Origin: Octopus vulgaris
Lineage: Eukaryota
Assembly (NCBI GenBank): GCA_951406725.2
Contig: OX597821.1
Location: 6,944,001 to 7,008,000, forward strand
Direction of reading: 5' to 3'
Length of the DNA stretch: 64,000 nucleotides
Every line of letters starts with the position of its first letter. Within the stretch, counting starts at the first letter, position 1. This document shows, piece by piece, positions 38,811 to 52,173 of this stretch. A model generated the notes under the pieces. It was not told the origin of the DNA. It worked only from the letters and a program-made list of their open reading frames with translations, and searched no databases. The position numbers were made by a program, and so were the translations under genes.

Positions 38811-39135
38811 GTAAATCGACTGGTCCCCTCTCACGAATTCAGGCCTTGTGCCTTTAGTAGAAAGGATATTTGTTTTCAAATAACTGTATTAAGATTTATT
38901 AAAACTTTACCAACGCACTGAAGCAATAAAACTATACGTAATGCTTTTTATTTTCTTCCAAAGATGAATAGCCCGTCGTTGTCGGGGCAGTTTTTACAAT
39001 AGAGTGTCTTATATAAATTTCTGTTTATTCCATGTCGGACCCTGTCTTCCTCGAGGTTTTTTTTTTCCCATGGCCAACTGTATGTAGGATACTCAGTAGT
39101 CGGCAATCCAAATCATTTGTTTATTTATACTGCAG

Positions 39136-39268
39136 AGAGCAAGACCAAAACTATAGGATATCAAGAGGCTCTGCAGAATTGATAGTAATCAACCATCAAT
39201 CGTTTCCTAGTCGCACATCGGCAATCCTCTCGTCCTTCCAGCCATCCACCAATTCAACTTTGATCTAA
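39136..39268 (+). CDS. Candidate terminal exon ((R)EQDQNYRISRGSAELIVINHQSFPSRTSAILSSFQPSTNSTLI*)
   Basis: Acceptor tttgtttatttatactgcAG, phase 2 entry, in frame with ORF 39032-39268. Confidence 0.35.
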
Positions 39269-39454
39269 CCTTAACATTACAATCAAGCAAGTTTATGATT
39301 TGACTGTGTTACATGCCAGTATTTGTAAATCTGTTTGCAATTTAAACGGGAACTGAACAGGGTACATACATACATACATACATACATACATACATACATA
39401 CATACATACATACATACATACACACACACATACATACATACATACATACATACA

Positions 39455-39490
<36 letters not shown>

Positions 39491-40214
39491 TATATATACA
39501 TATAAATACACACACACACACATAGCGCAACTGGCATCCATACAGTTTCTGTCTACCAATCTACCAAATTGTATTAACATGGCACTGATTGTCCGGATAA
39601 CATGAAGTAGAAGAGATTTGCTTAAACTGTGGAAGTGAAGACAGTGAAACTGAACCCGACACCACATAATTACGACGCATGCTTTCTTAACCACGGTGCC
39701 AAGCCCGGCCCAATAGGCGGTATTTGAGAGAGATTTCGCCGTTTATTCCAAGCCAGTCAAGGCAATTAGAAGACACTTCTTCGTTGGCTCGTAACAGTAA
39801 CATCGGATATTTGTGTAGAGTTTCACTTTCCGTCCAAATAGAAATAGTAACGTACTCTGTACTTTGATCTACTTTACGTTTCTTAGTCACTGAGGTAATT
39901 CAGTTTTGAAGAAAAGATAGTCTGAAAGTGTTTCCATAGCTAAAAGATCAAAGGATTCATTAACAAATTTAGTGATAGTAACTTTCAGAAAACGTAATCT
40001 GAGAAAAGAGGAAATAGAAAAAAGGAAACTTTATAGCGATTCTCTCCCCTTAAGTAGGACTCTCTCTTTCTCCCCCCCTCTCTCTAATTCTCTCTATAAA
40101 TAGCAGTGAACCAACCATGTGTACAAACAAGGAAGCAAGTTAGTTTATTCCTCTAATTTCAGTGCCGGCTCTCAATTCCATAGAAAATCTGTAGAGATGA
40201 ACTTTTTTATGTGA

Positions 40215-40570
40215 TAAGAAACTTGCTTCCAAACCAAATGGTTCCGGGTCAGTCCTACTGTGTGACACCTTGGGCAAGTGTCTTCTACTATAGCCTCGGA
40301 CCGAATAAAACCTTGTGAGAGGGTTTGGTAGAAGGAAACTGAAAGAAGCCCGTAATATATATATCCGTGAGTGTTTGTGTCTGAGTTTGTCCCCCACAAC
40401 CGCTGACGACCGGTGTTGAGTTTTTTTCTATCTCTGTAACTTAGTAGCTCGGCAAAAATATAGGTACCAAGCTTAAAATTTATGTACTGGGATTGATTCC
40501 AAGTCTATTAAAAATTATTCAAGGTGGTGCTCCAGTATGGCCGTAGTCTAATGAGTGAAATTGATAAAAG
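40215..40570 (+). mobile_element. SINE family A (diverged)
   Basis: Homology to 33932. Confidence 0.8.
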
Positions 40571-41691
40571 ATTTTATGCTAATGTAGAATCGCACCTCTC
40601 TTTGAAAATTGTATTAACATTTTTTTTTTCAGATTTCTACGTTTTAGATGTCAGAGATTACGAATATGCCAAAAAAAAAACACCTTTTCAAATTTCACCT
40701 CCGCCCATACACACACTCACAAATTTTTAGATTTTTATGTTTTAAACGAAACCTTTTCCTACAATTTTTTAATGGTTTATGTTGTCTGTTATTCGATATT
40801 AGTATTTTGCTAAGACCCAGCCCAAAGACCCTGGTCGAGTTGACTAACGGTCATAGGTATCCCATTACTAGTCATACATTTGATAATGTAGTTATAAATA
40901 CACTAAACTGGTGAAAATTAAACTTTGTTATTTCTATCAGGTCGAATGCAGAATTTTCGAATTCCTTCACATTTCCTATTTTCGTCAACTGCATCCAAAT
41001 ATGCACCTATGTACCCTAATCAATAACGGTCTGTAAGAGATTTTAACATTTCTATCCATCCTGAATCGTAACAACATATGTATATCTCACTAAACCAATA
41101 TGAATCATCCATAGAATTTAGTTCCTTCTTATATTAAATTTTTCTGTTTTTATTTTCTAATTTTTTATTTTTTATTCTATTTATTTATCAGTTTACTAAT
41201 TATATTATTTTGTATGTGTATATAGTATATCCACAAATATTCAAAACCTACCAATCAAATAGAATCTCTAAAGAGTTTTTTTTTTTTTTTACATTTCAAA
41301 CTGCTAACACTACACAATTCCCACAAAAGATATATTGATTACCTAAGTGGAGTCAGCTCTTTTTGAACCCTGAAGAAGTCCAACCATAAAATAGTATGAA
41401 TGTAGCAATTTTCTTGACATTAAACATGTTTTCGAAATTCCCAACTACTTATTGGTTTGACAGAAACATATATGTAGGTTTTCACATTTTTCTTAACCTT
41501 TTTGAGCTTTCAAATTCCAATTTGTTTGTAATGTCTTTTTTAAAAAAAACGTTATCTTTCTACAACGTGCAAACAAATCAGTAATTACATCCATTTATTC
41601 TCCATTTTCTTCTCCTTGTTTTCCCTCTCTCTTTCTCTCTCTCTCTCTCTCTCACTCTCTGTATACATATACACATGCATACACACACATG

Positions 41692-41744
<53 letters not shown>

Positions 41745-41745
<1 letters not shown>

Positions 41746-42060
41746 CACTCCGTTGGATACGCCAACGAGGGTTCCAGTTTATCCGATCTACTGAACAGCC
41801 GACTTATGAAATCAATGTGCAAGTGGCTGAGCACTCCACAGACTCATGTACCTTTAATGTAGTTCTCAGGGAGATTCAGTGTGACACAGAGTGTGACAAG
41901 GATGGCCCTTTGAAATACAGGTACTACTCATTTTTGCCAGCTGAGTGGACTGGAAAATATGAAATAAAGTGTTTTGCTCAAGGACACAACGCGCCGCCAG
42001 GAATTGAACTCACGTCCTTGCGATCGTGAACTGAATACCATAGCCACTAAGCCACAACTT
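41745..42060 (-). mobile_element. SINE family D
   Basis: Reverse homology to 30331. Confidence 0.8.
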
Positions 42061-42071
42061 TCACATGTATA

Positions 42072-42119
<48 letters not shown>

Positions 42120-43859
42120 AGGGTCAGTGGTTTAGTGCATCCGACAAGCTTTAGAATTTCAATCAGCGCAACCCACTTGTACGGCTTGAGACAATCTGAT
42201 GATATATGGCAGAAAATATTTACCAAAATGTCTTAGGGGTATTCTGAATCCAGCAAGAATGCGATTACGATAAGTATTTCTTACCTACACGATCACGCCT
42301 ACCTCCGTGAATTGAATACAAAAGACGGACGAAACTAAACTCTGTTAGATGAAAGAGTATACTTCAGAGAAACTTAGTGGTGGCCATTGGCGCGGGTAAA
42401 TATTAACTGAAAACATAACGAACAGAGTAAGAAGCAAGTACTTTGTCATGAGGAAGAAGGTGAGTCTATTGTTTCCAGCAGAAACCTGCATTAGGGAGAA
42501 ACAAAACGTCAACTACTAGACTTTTCATCTCTCACCCATGAGGTGTTTGCCGAAAGCACTCATTTTCATGTATTTTGCTGTAAATAAACATTTTATTTAT
42601 CACTGATGGTAACAGGCAGAGAAAATCTGCCTTTTATCATAAGAGATGCAGTTGTTTGGCTGACAGGAGACGTTTTTATCCTTCACTGATGAGGTTTTCC
42701 TGCTAGAACTAAGCATTTTATTTCGATTTTTGTATTTGGTTTGCAAAGATCTGGAGTAGAGAGGACATGTCATTGATGAGATCACGAATGGCGACAAAAG
42801 GACTTAGCTGATTGATTGACCGAACAATTAATCTTATAATCGATTAGATAATTAGATAATTAGATAATTAGATAATTAATTGGCTAAATTTTAACGAATT
42901 GACAAATAATAATAATACAAGAAGTGAAATAGAACCACTGCGTGGGTCTAATATTGGATAACGATGCATCCGAGATATAACGAAAAAGTAAATATTTCAT
43001 TTTTCACAGATAAAGTGTTATGCCGGAAGTTTACATTTTATCCCTTAGCAACGAAGTATTTTGATGAAGTAGACCTTTTAATCTCTCACTGATGAAGTGT
43101 TTTACTACAAGTTGCCATTTCATATTTCTCCTACGCAGTGTTTTACCGGAAGTAAACATTTCCTCTCTCTTCGATGATGAGATCTGTCCTAAATGTGTTT
43201 TTTTTTATTTTATTTTTTTCTTCCCCGCAGGTAATTTATTCCACTTTGCCGATTTCAACTACGGAAAAAAAATCACCGCCTGATATGTGCCAACCACTAA
43301 TGAATCATCATCAGAACAGTAAACGCCAAGAATCAAAAGGGAGAATTACATATCATTCTTGATACTATTATAAAACGCGGCCCCTCTTCTGTTCAAACTC
43401 GGCTCCAACAGCAAACGTAAGCAGCAGGGAAACTACCGACCAGCGCCGCAAGCCAACTTGGCCAGGGAAGGAGTTGCGCCGCACATCCAGGTGTCTTAAA
43501 AACACGCGTTTCGTGAAATATAGTTCTTTCTTAATTAGTTCCACACTGATTGGCATAAACTTACTACTTACTTGCACACAGAGACTAGGCTCTCCTTATT
43601 TACTCGTGTATTAATCTAGAACCTTCTAAGGCAGCGAACTGACAGAATCGTTTGCACGCCGGGCGAAATGCTTTGCGGTATTTCGTCTGCGCTACGTTCT
43701 GAGTTCAAATTCCGCCGTGGTCGAATTTGCCTTTCATCCTTTCAGGGTCGATTAAATAAGAACCATTTACGCACTGGGGTCGATATAATCGACTTAATCC
43801 GTTTCTCTGTCTTTGTTTGTCCTCTCTGTGTTTAGCCCCTTGTGGGTAGTAAAGAAATA

Positions 43860-44758
43860 CGAGGGGCGTTCAATAAGTAATGCCCCTGACCCACTCCCCA
43901 TAGCAGTAGAGCAACGAAACTTGGAACAGTTATCAGTCTTTTTCTACATAGTAACCACCCAGAGTTATGCATTTCTCCCATCGTTTGATGCAGCTCTGAA
44001 GACCGTTTTCGTAGAAGACCCCAGCTTGGTCCTCCAACCACGACGTGACTTCAGAAATCAAGGCTGCATCATCTGGGAAACGCTTTCCTTTCAAAAACAA
44101 CTTCATGGCTGGGAAGAGGTGAAAATCAGAGGGTGCAAGGTCAGGAGAGTAGGGGGGATGGGGGATGAGTTCATAGCCGCACGCCTGTGCTTCTGATCTG
44201 GCGACACGCGAGTTGTGGATCGGAGCGTTGTCCTGCAGGAGGAGGATGCCTTTGCTGATCTTGCCCCGCCTCTTGATTTTGATAGCTTCTCTTAAATTCT
44301 TCAAAAGTGAAGCATAATAGACTCCTGTAATTGTGACAGATGCCTCATGAATGGCAGAAGGGGGCGACCAGATCTGGGAGCTGTTTCCACAGAGTTCCGA
44401 CCATGTTTGAATTTACGATGCCAGCGTTTTACAAGGTCATATGATGGGGCATCATCACCATAAGTTACTTTCATTTCATCAAAAGTCTCCCGTGGTGTGC
44501 GTCCTTTCAAATACAAAAACCGGATCACTGCTCGACACTCAACATGCTCCATTTCATACTTGACTCAGTTCAAACACCTGTAAATCGGAAACCACAATTA
44601 GTTCAGAGCTGTAATTTGCCACTTAATCTATAGAGATATAAATAATTGCAAAATTTCAGCTAGATCAAAATTTCAGCTAGATATAAATAAATGCAAAATT
44701 TCAGCTAGATGAAACAACTGCAAGTGGGTCAGAGGCATTACTTATTGAACGCCCCTCG
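43860..44758 (-). mobile_element. mariner (DD34D) element, both TIRs, internally deleted, nested in a family B SINE array
   Basis: ~36-bp TIRs CGAGGGGCGTTCAATAAGTAATGCC(C/T)CTGACCCACT, TA on both sides. Transposase pieces at 44552-44301 and 44304-43933, with QDNA-(34 aa)-YSPDLAPSD spacing. Confidence 0.95.
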
Positions 44759-44978
44759 TAGGTATTTCGTCTGTCTTTACCTTCTGAGTTCAAATTCCGT
44801 CGAGGTCGACATTGTAATTCATCCCTTCGGGGTCGATAAATTAAGTAGCAGTTGCATACATAGCGTAAGCGGATTCCAGGACGCCCTGATTTTCAGCATT
44901 CTTGTGTCTCATCAACCAAAGACACTCATCACTAATGAATCTAACAAGAGCTCGTGACTCATATTCATAAGATTAAAC

Positions 44979-45301
44979 CAGGGGTTTTCAACCATTTCTT
45001 TTATCTATGGACCACTTGGATTACTATTTTATTCTGGTGTACCCTCCGCCATAGCCATTCGATGTTTAAAAACTAATTTTATAGAAACTTCTTTCCAAAT
45101 TCCTACTTTTCTTTTCACACATTAACTTATGTAGATTGAATATGTAAAATGTTAAAGAAAGAAACCTTTTTCTTGCCAAAAATACCAAGATATAGATGAA
45201 AAGCAAAATTTTTACATGACCACTTAAAATACTATTGTTGATTTCCAATTTACTAATTTGTGTTCCCCCACCCATATGGACCCCAGTTGAGAATACCATG
45301 A
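44979..45301. mobile_element. hAT (Charlie-type) MITE
   Basis: Ends CAGGGGTTTTCAACC and GTTGAGAATACCATG. Imperfect 8-bp TSD GATTAAAC / GGCTAAAC. Confidence 0.55.
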
Positions 45302-45401
45302 GGCTAAACATTGCTGATTGCTGATATCTTACCAAAAGATGATAATTCGTCGTATGTAAGGTGGACAGCGAGAATCAAGATGATGTCTTACATATTTATT
45401 C

Positions 45402-45795
45402 TTAATCCGTCCCAGCAGATTGGAATGTGTATATATTAACTGCTGTTGAGCGAACGGTCTTCGTCCCAGAGCTCGCAAGATGGGAGAAGTCCGAAACGTG
45501 GTCCTTTGCTATTCGTAAGACCCGCAGAAGAGAAAGCAGGTCAACCCCCGACACCGAGAACATCGACGGATGGATGAATGCACATCCAGACTCAGCGGTT
45601 GCGTCGGAAGTCGGGGACAAGAAACAGGAAGAAAGAGTGAGAGAAAGTTGGGGCGAAAGAGTACAACAGCCACCACCCCCTGACGGAGCATCGTGGAGCT
45701 TTAGGTGTTTTCGCTCAATAAACACACACAACGCCCGGTCTGGGAATCGAAACCGCGAGTCCGCTGCCCTAACCACTGGGCCATTGCGCCTTCAC
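45402..45795 (-). mobile_element. SINE family C
   Basis: Reverse homology to 25381-25570, with a different 3' tail. Confidence 0.8.
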
Positions 45796-48409
45796 TGTTG
45801 TTGTGTTTCATCATAGAGGAAAAAAATTTCTCCTTTCAGACTGATATGGGAGAATCTTGAACACCCCCAAGTGACTGAATGTGGACTAACCGATTACAAT
45901 AAATAAGAACTTAGTGAACTGTCAGTGGCGGAAGGAGGGATGTAGTTGACAGTGTTATTTCGATGGGAGAGTCCATGTTGTGTACTTGGTCAGTGGTGAA
46001 GAGAAAGAAGAGAGAGGGAAACGCGGACTCACCACCTAATAGTCCGATGAAGAAGAGAATGGAAAGCGTAAAGGAGACTCAGTGTGTGAGACCAGGTATT
46101 ACAAGGGAGGAGAGAGTGAAGGTGCAGAAAAGAAAGGAAGAGAAAGAAGGGAGATGCCAACATCGAGCGAGACAGAAACAGAGAAGAGAACTAATAACGG
46201 AAGAGAGAAAGGAGTTCAGAAAGGGAAACACTTACGGACTATGATAAATTATAAAAAAGTGTGGAGATTGAGAAAAAAATAACCAAGATGAAACATGTAA
46301 TTAGGGTTAAATTAACGGTGAATGAGTACAACGAAGACATCAAAGCAGCCTTGCTTGAGAAAAAGAGAGGAGAGAAGTTGAAGGAACTGTTCGGAGAAAT
46401 GATAGAAATATCGCTGATACAGGTTCGGTATGACGAATTGCCACCATTTGAGGATTTAATAGAATATATAGTGACAAATGAAAGTAAGTAACAATTTTAA
46501 AAAGTGACTTTAAAAGCAAAAAACAAAAAGAATAGTGAATGTGATACGTGAACAATTAAATGACACTGCTTGCGAGTGGGGGTGGGCAAGTAAGACATTT
46601 CATTTCCATTTTTATCATTATAATTCATAATTTCATTCGTTATATGTTTTATGTAACCCCACTGTGGTGTCTTGTCTGTCCATATATCGTCCTTTCTTTG
46701 TATGATCCTGTGTGCTTAAGACAAAGAGGTAGGTGTGAGTTCGACCGTGTTAGCTCGATGTGTGTTGGTTTAACAATCGGTAGTTGAACAGTGAATACTG
46801 AGTATAGTGCCCACGTTCGAGTAGTACGAAGTGCATTCTGTGTTAAAATATATTTCTGCGGTAGGTTATTTGTAGATAACCACAACCAACTATTTATTTG
46901 CATAATGCCATTTCACACCAGACGTGTATACCCACGTCATAACACAGACGATGTGTATTAATAATTCATTAACGTTTTCTTATGACGAGACATATCAGCG
47001 ATTAGCATAATCATGTTCGAATCTATTGGAACAGATTAAGAATAAAAATTTATGTCATCATCAGTCTGACATTTTTGTTGTTTCTACAGAATTATTTGAA
47101 GAATGACATTTCATTGCAAATCCGTAAATTCTTGACCTTAGAAATCATCTCTCGTTATTGTAAATTAGTATTGAGATGATCCCCCACGAACTCTTTCTCT
47201 TGTAGTTCTGATGGCTTATCTTCACTTACCGAGAGGATTATGACGGCTTATAGAATAAACATCAGAGGTTCTCAATGGATTGAACATATTAATTAACGGT
47301 TTAGTCTCAGACAATAATATGAGGATAGAGAATGGAGGGAGAAGGGTGGAAGAGGTGAAAGAAAAGTGAGGAAAGAGAGGAGGAGAAAAGGAGAAGAGAA
47401 AACAGATGGGAGGGGTAGAGGGGAGGAAGAGGAGGAGGAGGAGAATAGAAGGGACGGAGGGGAGAGAATGAGTATGAGAGGAAGTCAGAAGGAGGGGATG
47501 GGGCAACAGCCATAACTCTGATAATGATGACGCTGTTAATGATGATGATGATGATGATCGTGGTGATGCTGGTGATGATGACGATGACGATGATGATCAC
47601 GGGAATGATGATGATGATGGTGATGATGATATCAAACGTAACTATCTACAAATCTTTGATAAGTCACAACTAAATTAAGAGAACAATCGCCAGAGCCTCT
47701 ATACGGTCGCTCATTCTACTAGAAATAACAGCGAAGTCGCACGCAGAAAACACTGTCACAAAGAGATTTACCATCAGGCAAGGAGTCATCAATGAAATGT
47801 CTACGTAGTCACCTGATCTGCTAGAGATAATAGACAGATCTTCCAGAAAATCACAATTTAAAACCTGAAAATTAAAAAAAAAATCGGAAGGACTCGTTAA
47901 AAAATGTAGTCCTTGTCATACAAAAAGACGAGATAGTCACGGCTTGATTGTCTTTGATCATAAATTTGCTGCTAGGGATTAGGTGGTGTTAAGGAACAAC
48001 AGTAAAGAACATGTTGCAGAATGTAGTCCTAGGTATATTATGTCTAATTAAAGATGGAAAGTCTGCAGATGAAATAATTTTGGTTTCGGCTTTGTAGGAT
48101 GGGCTATCCTAGGGTTAAATAGCAACAACAACAACAACTGGGTGAAAGTACACATTGGTTAATGTACCTCAGTGTTATATTATTCCTTGCGTACTCCAGT
48201 ATTAGATTACTCAATGCGTTCTTCTCTTTATAAACACGGTCGGGTATGATGTAGCGAAGACTTAGTTGCCATTTCTTGCAGATGGACCAACCATAGAGAA
48301 ACAGTTAACTATACTTATTACATTTATAGGTACAAATGTGTGACTGCGGAATTAAACTGAAGATTCTTTAGTTTATACATACATACATACATACATACAT
48401 CTCTTTCTC

Positions 48410-48880
<471 letters not shown>

Positions 48881-49019
48881 ATACATACATACATACATAC
48901 ATACATACATACATACATAGATGCGTGCGTGCGTGTGTGTGCGTGCGTGCGTGTGTGTGTGTGTGTGTGTGTGCGTGTGCGTGCGTGTGGCTGTGTGAAT
49001 GTATGTATGTACGGATGTA

Positions 49020-49055
<36 letters not shown>

Positions 49056-51986
49056 ATCTCAATTATTATTTTGCCTCTTCTGCAAAGGACGGTTGATTGT
49101 TAAATTCATAAGAACGTTGGACAAAATGTCTTGTCGTATTTTCTCCCTCTCTTTACGTTTCGCGCTCAAATCCCACCGGATTTGTTCCATTTGGAATAGA
49201 TCAAATAAAGTGTTATTATCGATGTAATCGATTTTCCCTCTTCTTCCCCGCCCCAATCAAATGCAACACCTTATTCGTATTAAGAAATCGATGTAATTTT
49301 TTTCCTCTTCGGTAAATAAGCAGAGTTTTCGTCCAAATAATTCCATTGCTGCCGTTCTTTAGAATTCTTTATGAGCAAAACGGCATGCAGCTGTGCGTTG
49401 GAAAAATAGTTCTTTGTGAAGCATTTTGGAAAGAGTTTCCTTCTTGTCTCATTACAAAAGGTAGATTTATCGAAAACCATTTTTCGTTTCCATTTGAAAA
49501 GATAACTCAGACTGTTGTGTGATACTGAGAAGAATCTTCGGAATGAACAATGTTTCTTTGTTGTTAATTGTTGTAAAAAGGCCACGGCACACAGTATTTC
49601 TCTGCCAAACTAGTTTAGAGTGCTGTTCACAACAAGATGTCCAACTGGACACGAAAAGGAGAGCATTGTCACTTTTTTTATCTAAATTCGAAGAAGTGAA
49701 CAGCTTTCTTTAAAGGGCCAGATCGGCTGAAAATGGCTAATATTATGTAATGCCTTAAGGTAGCGAGCTGGTAGAATCGTTAGCATGCCGAGCTAAATAT
49801 TTAGCGGCGTTTCATCCACTACGTTCTGCCGCTACGTTCTGAGTTCAAATTCCGCCCAGGTCGACTTTGCATTTCATCCTTTCGGTTGAACTCTAAACTC
49901 TGGGGTCAATGTAATCGACTCCCACCCCCCAAAATTGCTAGACTTGTACCAAAATTTGAAACCCAATTTTATGTAATGCCTTCTTTCTTGGTTGTGTAAA
50001 AAATACCAGAGAATTTTTAAATATTTACTTTGGTTCTTTTATGTTCTGGTTTTTAATCTCATCAACGTGGTTTTGTATTTCATTCGTAAATGATGAGTAC
50101 CAGTAATATACTAGGATCGTTCAAATATTAATGTTTTTTCTTAAGAATCTGAATTGTGTTGAAATAAAAAAGAATAGAAAATGAAATATGAAATCGCCCA
50201 CCAATTTACCCCACCAACCTCGGGGTCACAGACGAACCGCTAAGTTACGGGGACGTAAACACACCAGCACCAGTTGTTAAGCTATGTTGGGGATTCAAGC
50301 ACAGACACACAAACACACACACCCACACACAGATATATATATATACATACGACGGGCTTCTTTCAGTTTCCGTCTACCAAATCCAATCACAAGGCTTTGG
50401 TTGTCCCGAGGCTATAGTAGAAGACACTTGCCAAAGGTGCCACGCAGTGGGACTGAACCCGGAACCATGTAATTCGTAAGCAAGCTACTTACCACACAGC
50501 CACACCTAATTATATTCATAGAATATAATTACCGATTGGTAATTATATTCTATGAATGAGAGACAAGACTTTCTTGATTGATTTAAAACCAGGACGCAAA
50601 ATATTTCAAGGTACTCTGGTATCATTTACACACCCAAGAAACGCAATCCGTTACCAATTCCAGCTGATCTGGCTCCTTAATAATTTGGCCGCTTTTGCTT
50701 TTCTCTTTTTAATTTCTACGACTGTATTGAATATGTGTATATATGTATATATTTTAGTATGCAAATTGTTTTCAATAAGATTTTCAATGCTGGTCAAAAA
50801 TGGCCGCTATGGTTCTTTTAGGAAGTAAGAAATGTTTGTACTTCTAGTGTTAAAGTAGGCTTCTTTTCATTTCTTCGAGAGCAGCTAGTTCAGTAGAGCA
50901 GAGGCTACTGCAGTAGCGGTAGAAAAAGTAGACTGCTGGAGGGACAAACACAGGCACACAAACACACACACACACACATATATATGCATATACATATATA
51001 CGACGGGCTTCTTTCAGTTTCCGTCTTCCAAATCCACTCACAAGGCTTTGGTTGGTCCGAATGTATAGCAGAAGACATTTGCCCAAGGTGCCGCGCAGTG
51101 GAACTGAACTCGGAACCATGTGTTTGGGAAGCAAACGTCTTACCACAGAGCCACGCATTCGCCTAAAATACAGAGCAATATCTCAGTATCAAATATATGG
51201 AGGGCTATAAACATAGCATTAACTGCAGAAATTAGCATCCAGCGGATTAATTTAATACCACACTCCAACTTATTATGCTATGCTTCATCGCTGTAATCAA
51301 GTCAGTTATTGCTAGAGAGGGAAAAGCAACAATCGCCATCGCATTATTAGATTTCATATAAGGACTCTTTCCCTCTCGTTCTTTGCTGAATAATTACACT
51401 CAACGACATGTGACAGCCACTCTAGAAATATTGATCAGCTTTTAGAAATGGGTAATTCTAATCACAATTCTTCATTGTAAATCATTTTATTTATTTATTT
51501 ATTCATTTATTTATCTATCTTACCTTTTCTCTTTTTGTTTTAATGTTTCATTTGTTTATTTTATTTTAATCTGTGAAGTATTTATTCGGTAACAAGTGTT
51601 GTTGACATTCGTAAAAATAAAACTCTTTCGTTTTTGTTTTTTGCCCATTTTTTTTTGTTTTTGTCGAAGTTCAATGGACGAGACATCAGTCAATTGGCTC
51701 TCCTGATGTGTCTTTATTCTTTAATCTCTTCTTTTATTTTTGTTTCTGCCATTGGACTGCGGCCATGCTGGGACACTGCCTTGAATTGTTTAGTCGTATA
51801 AATTGACCCCAGTTCTTGTTTATTCAAGGGTTTTGGGGTTTCTTTTTAAAGTTTGGTACATAATATGTCGCTTACTTTTGCTGAACTGCTAAATTACGAG
51901 AGAGTAAACAAACCAATACCAGTTGCCCAGCGGAGACAGGAAACACTTATAGAAAGGAGCGCACAAACACATACATATATATGTGC

Positions 51987-52025
<39 letters not shown>

Positions 52026-52173
52026 CGGCTTTTTGAAAAGTGATTTTGATATCTTGTGTTTATCTTTGTTTGCCTACATATCGATAAAGGAATCGATAAA
52101 GGAATCGATAAAGGAATCACATTCAAATATTTTTCGACATGTAGAAGCAAGCATCATTTTTCCCTACCACATT

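Larger units (their letters stand above)
37240..38962 (+). repeat. Triplicated intron-exon unit
   Basis: Three copies of a GA-rich segment, GAATTTT..AGTTAACGCATGCGCTTTAG, a 75-nt block, GTAA and AATAAAACTAT. Confidence 0.9.

Noticed and set aside
52079-52118. (ATCGATAAAGGA)x3 as DRE sites next to a BED-finger hAT
   Set aside because: Lies outside the TIR with only one full TATCGATA; a simple slippage repeat explains it.
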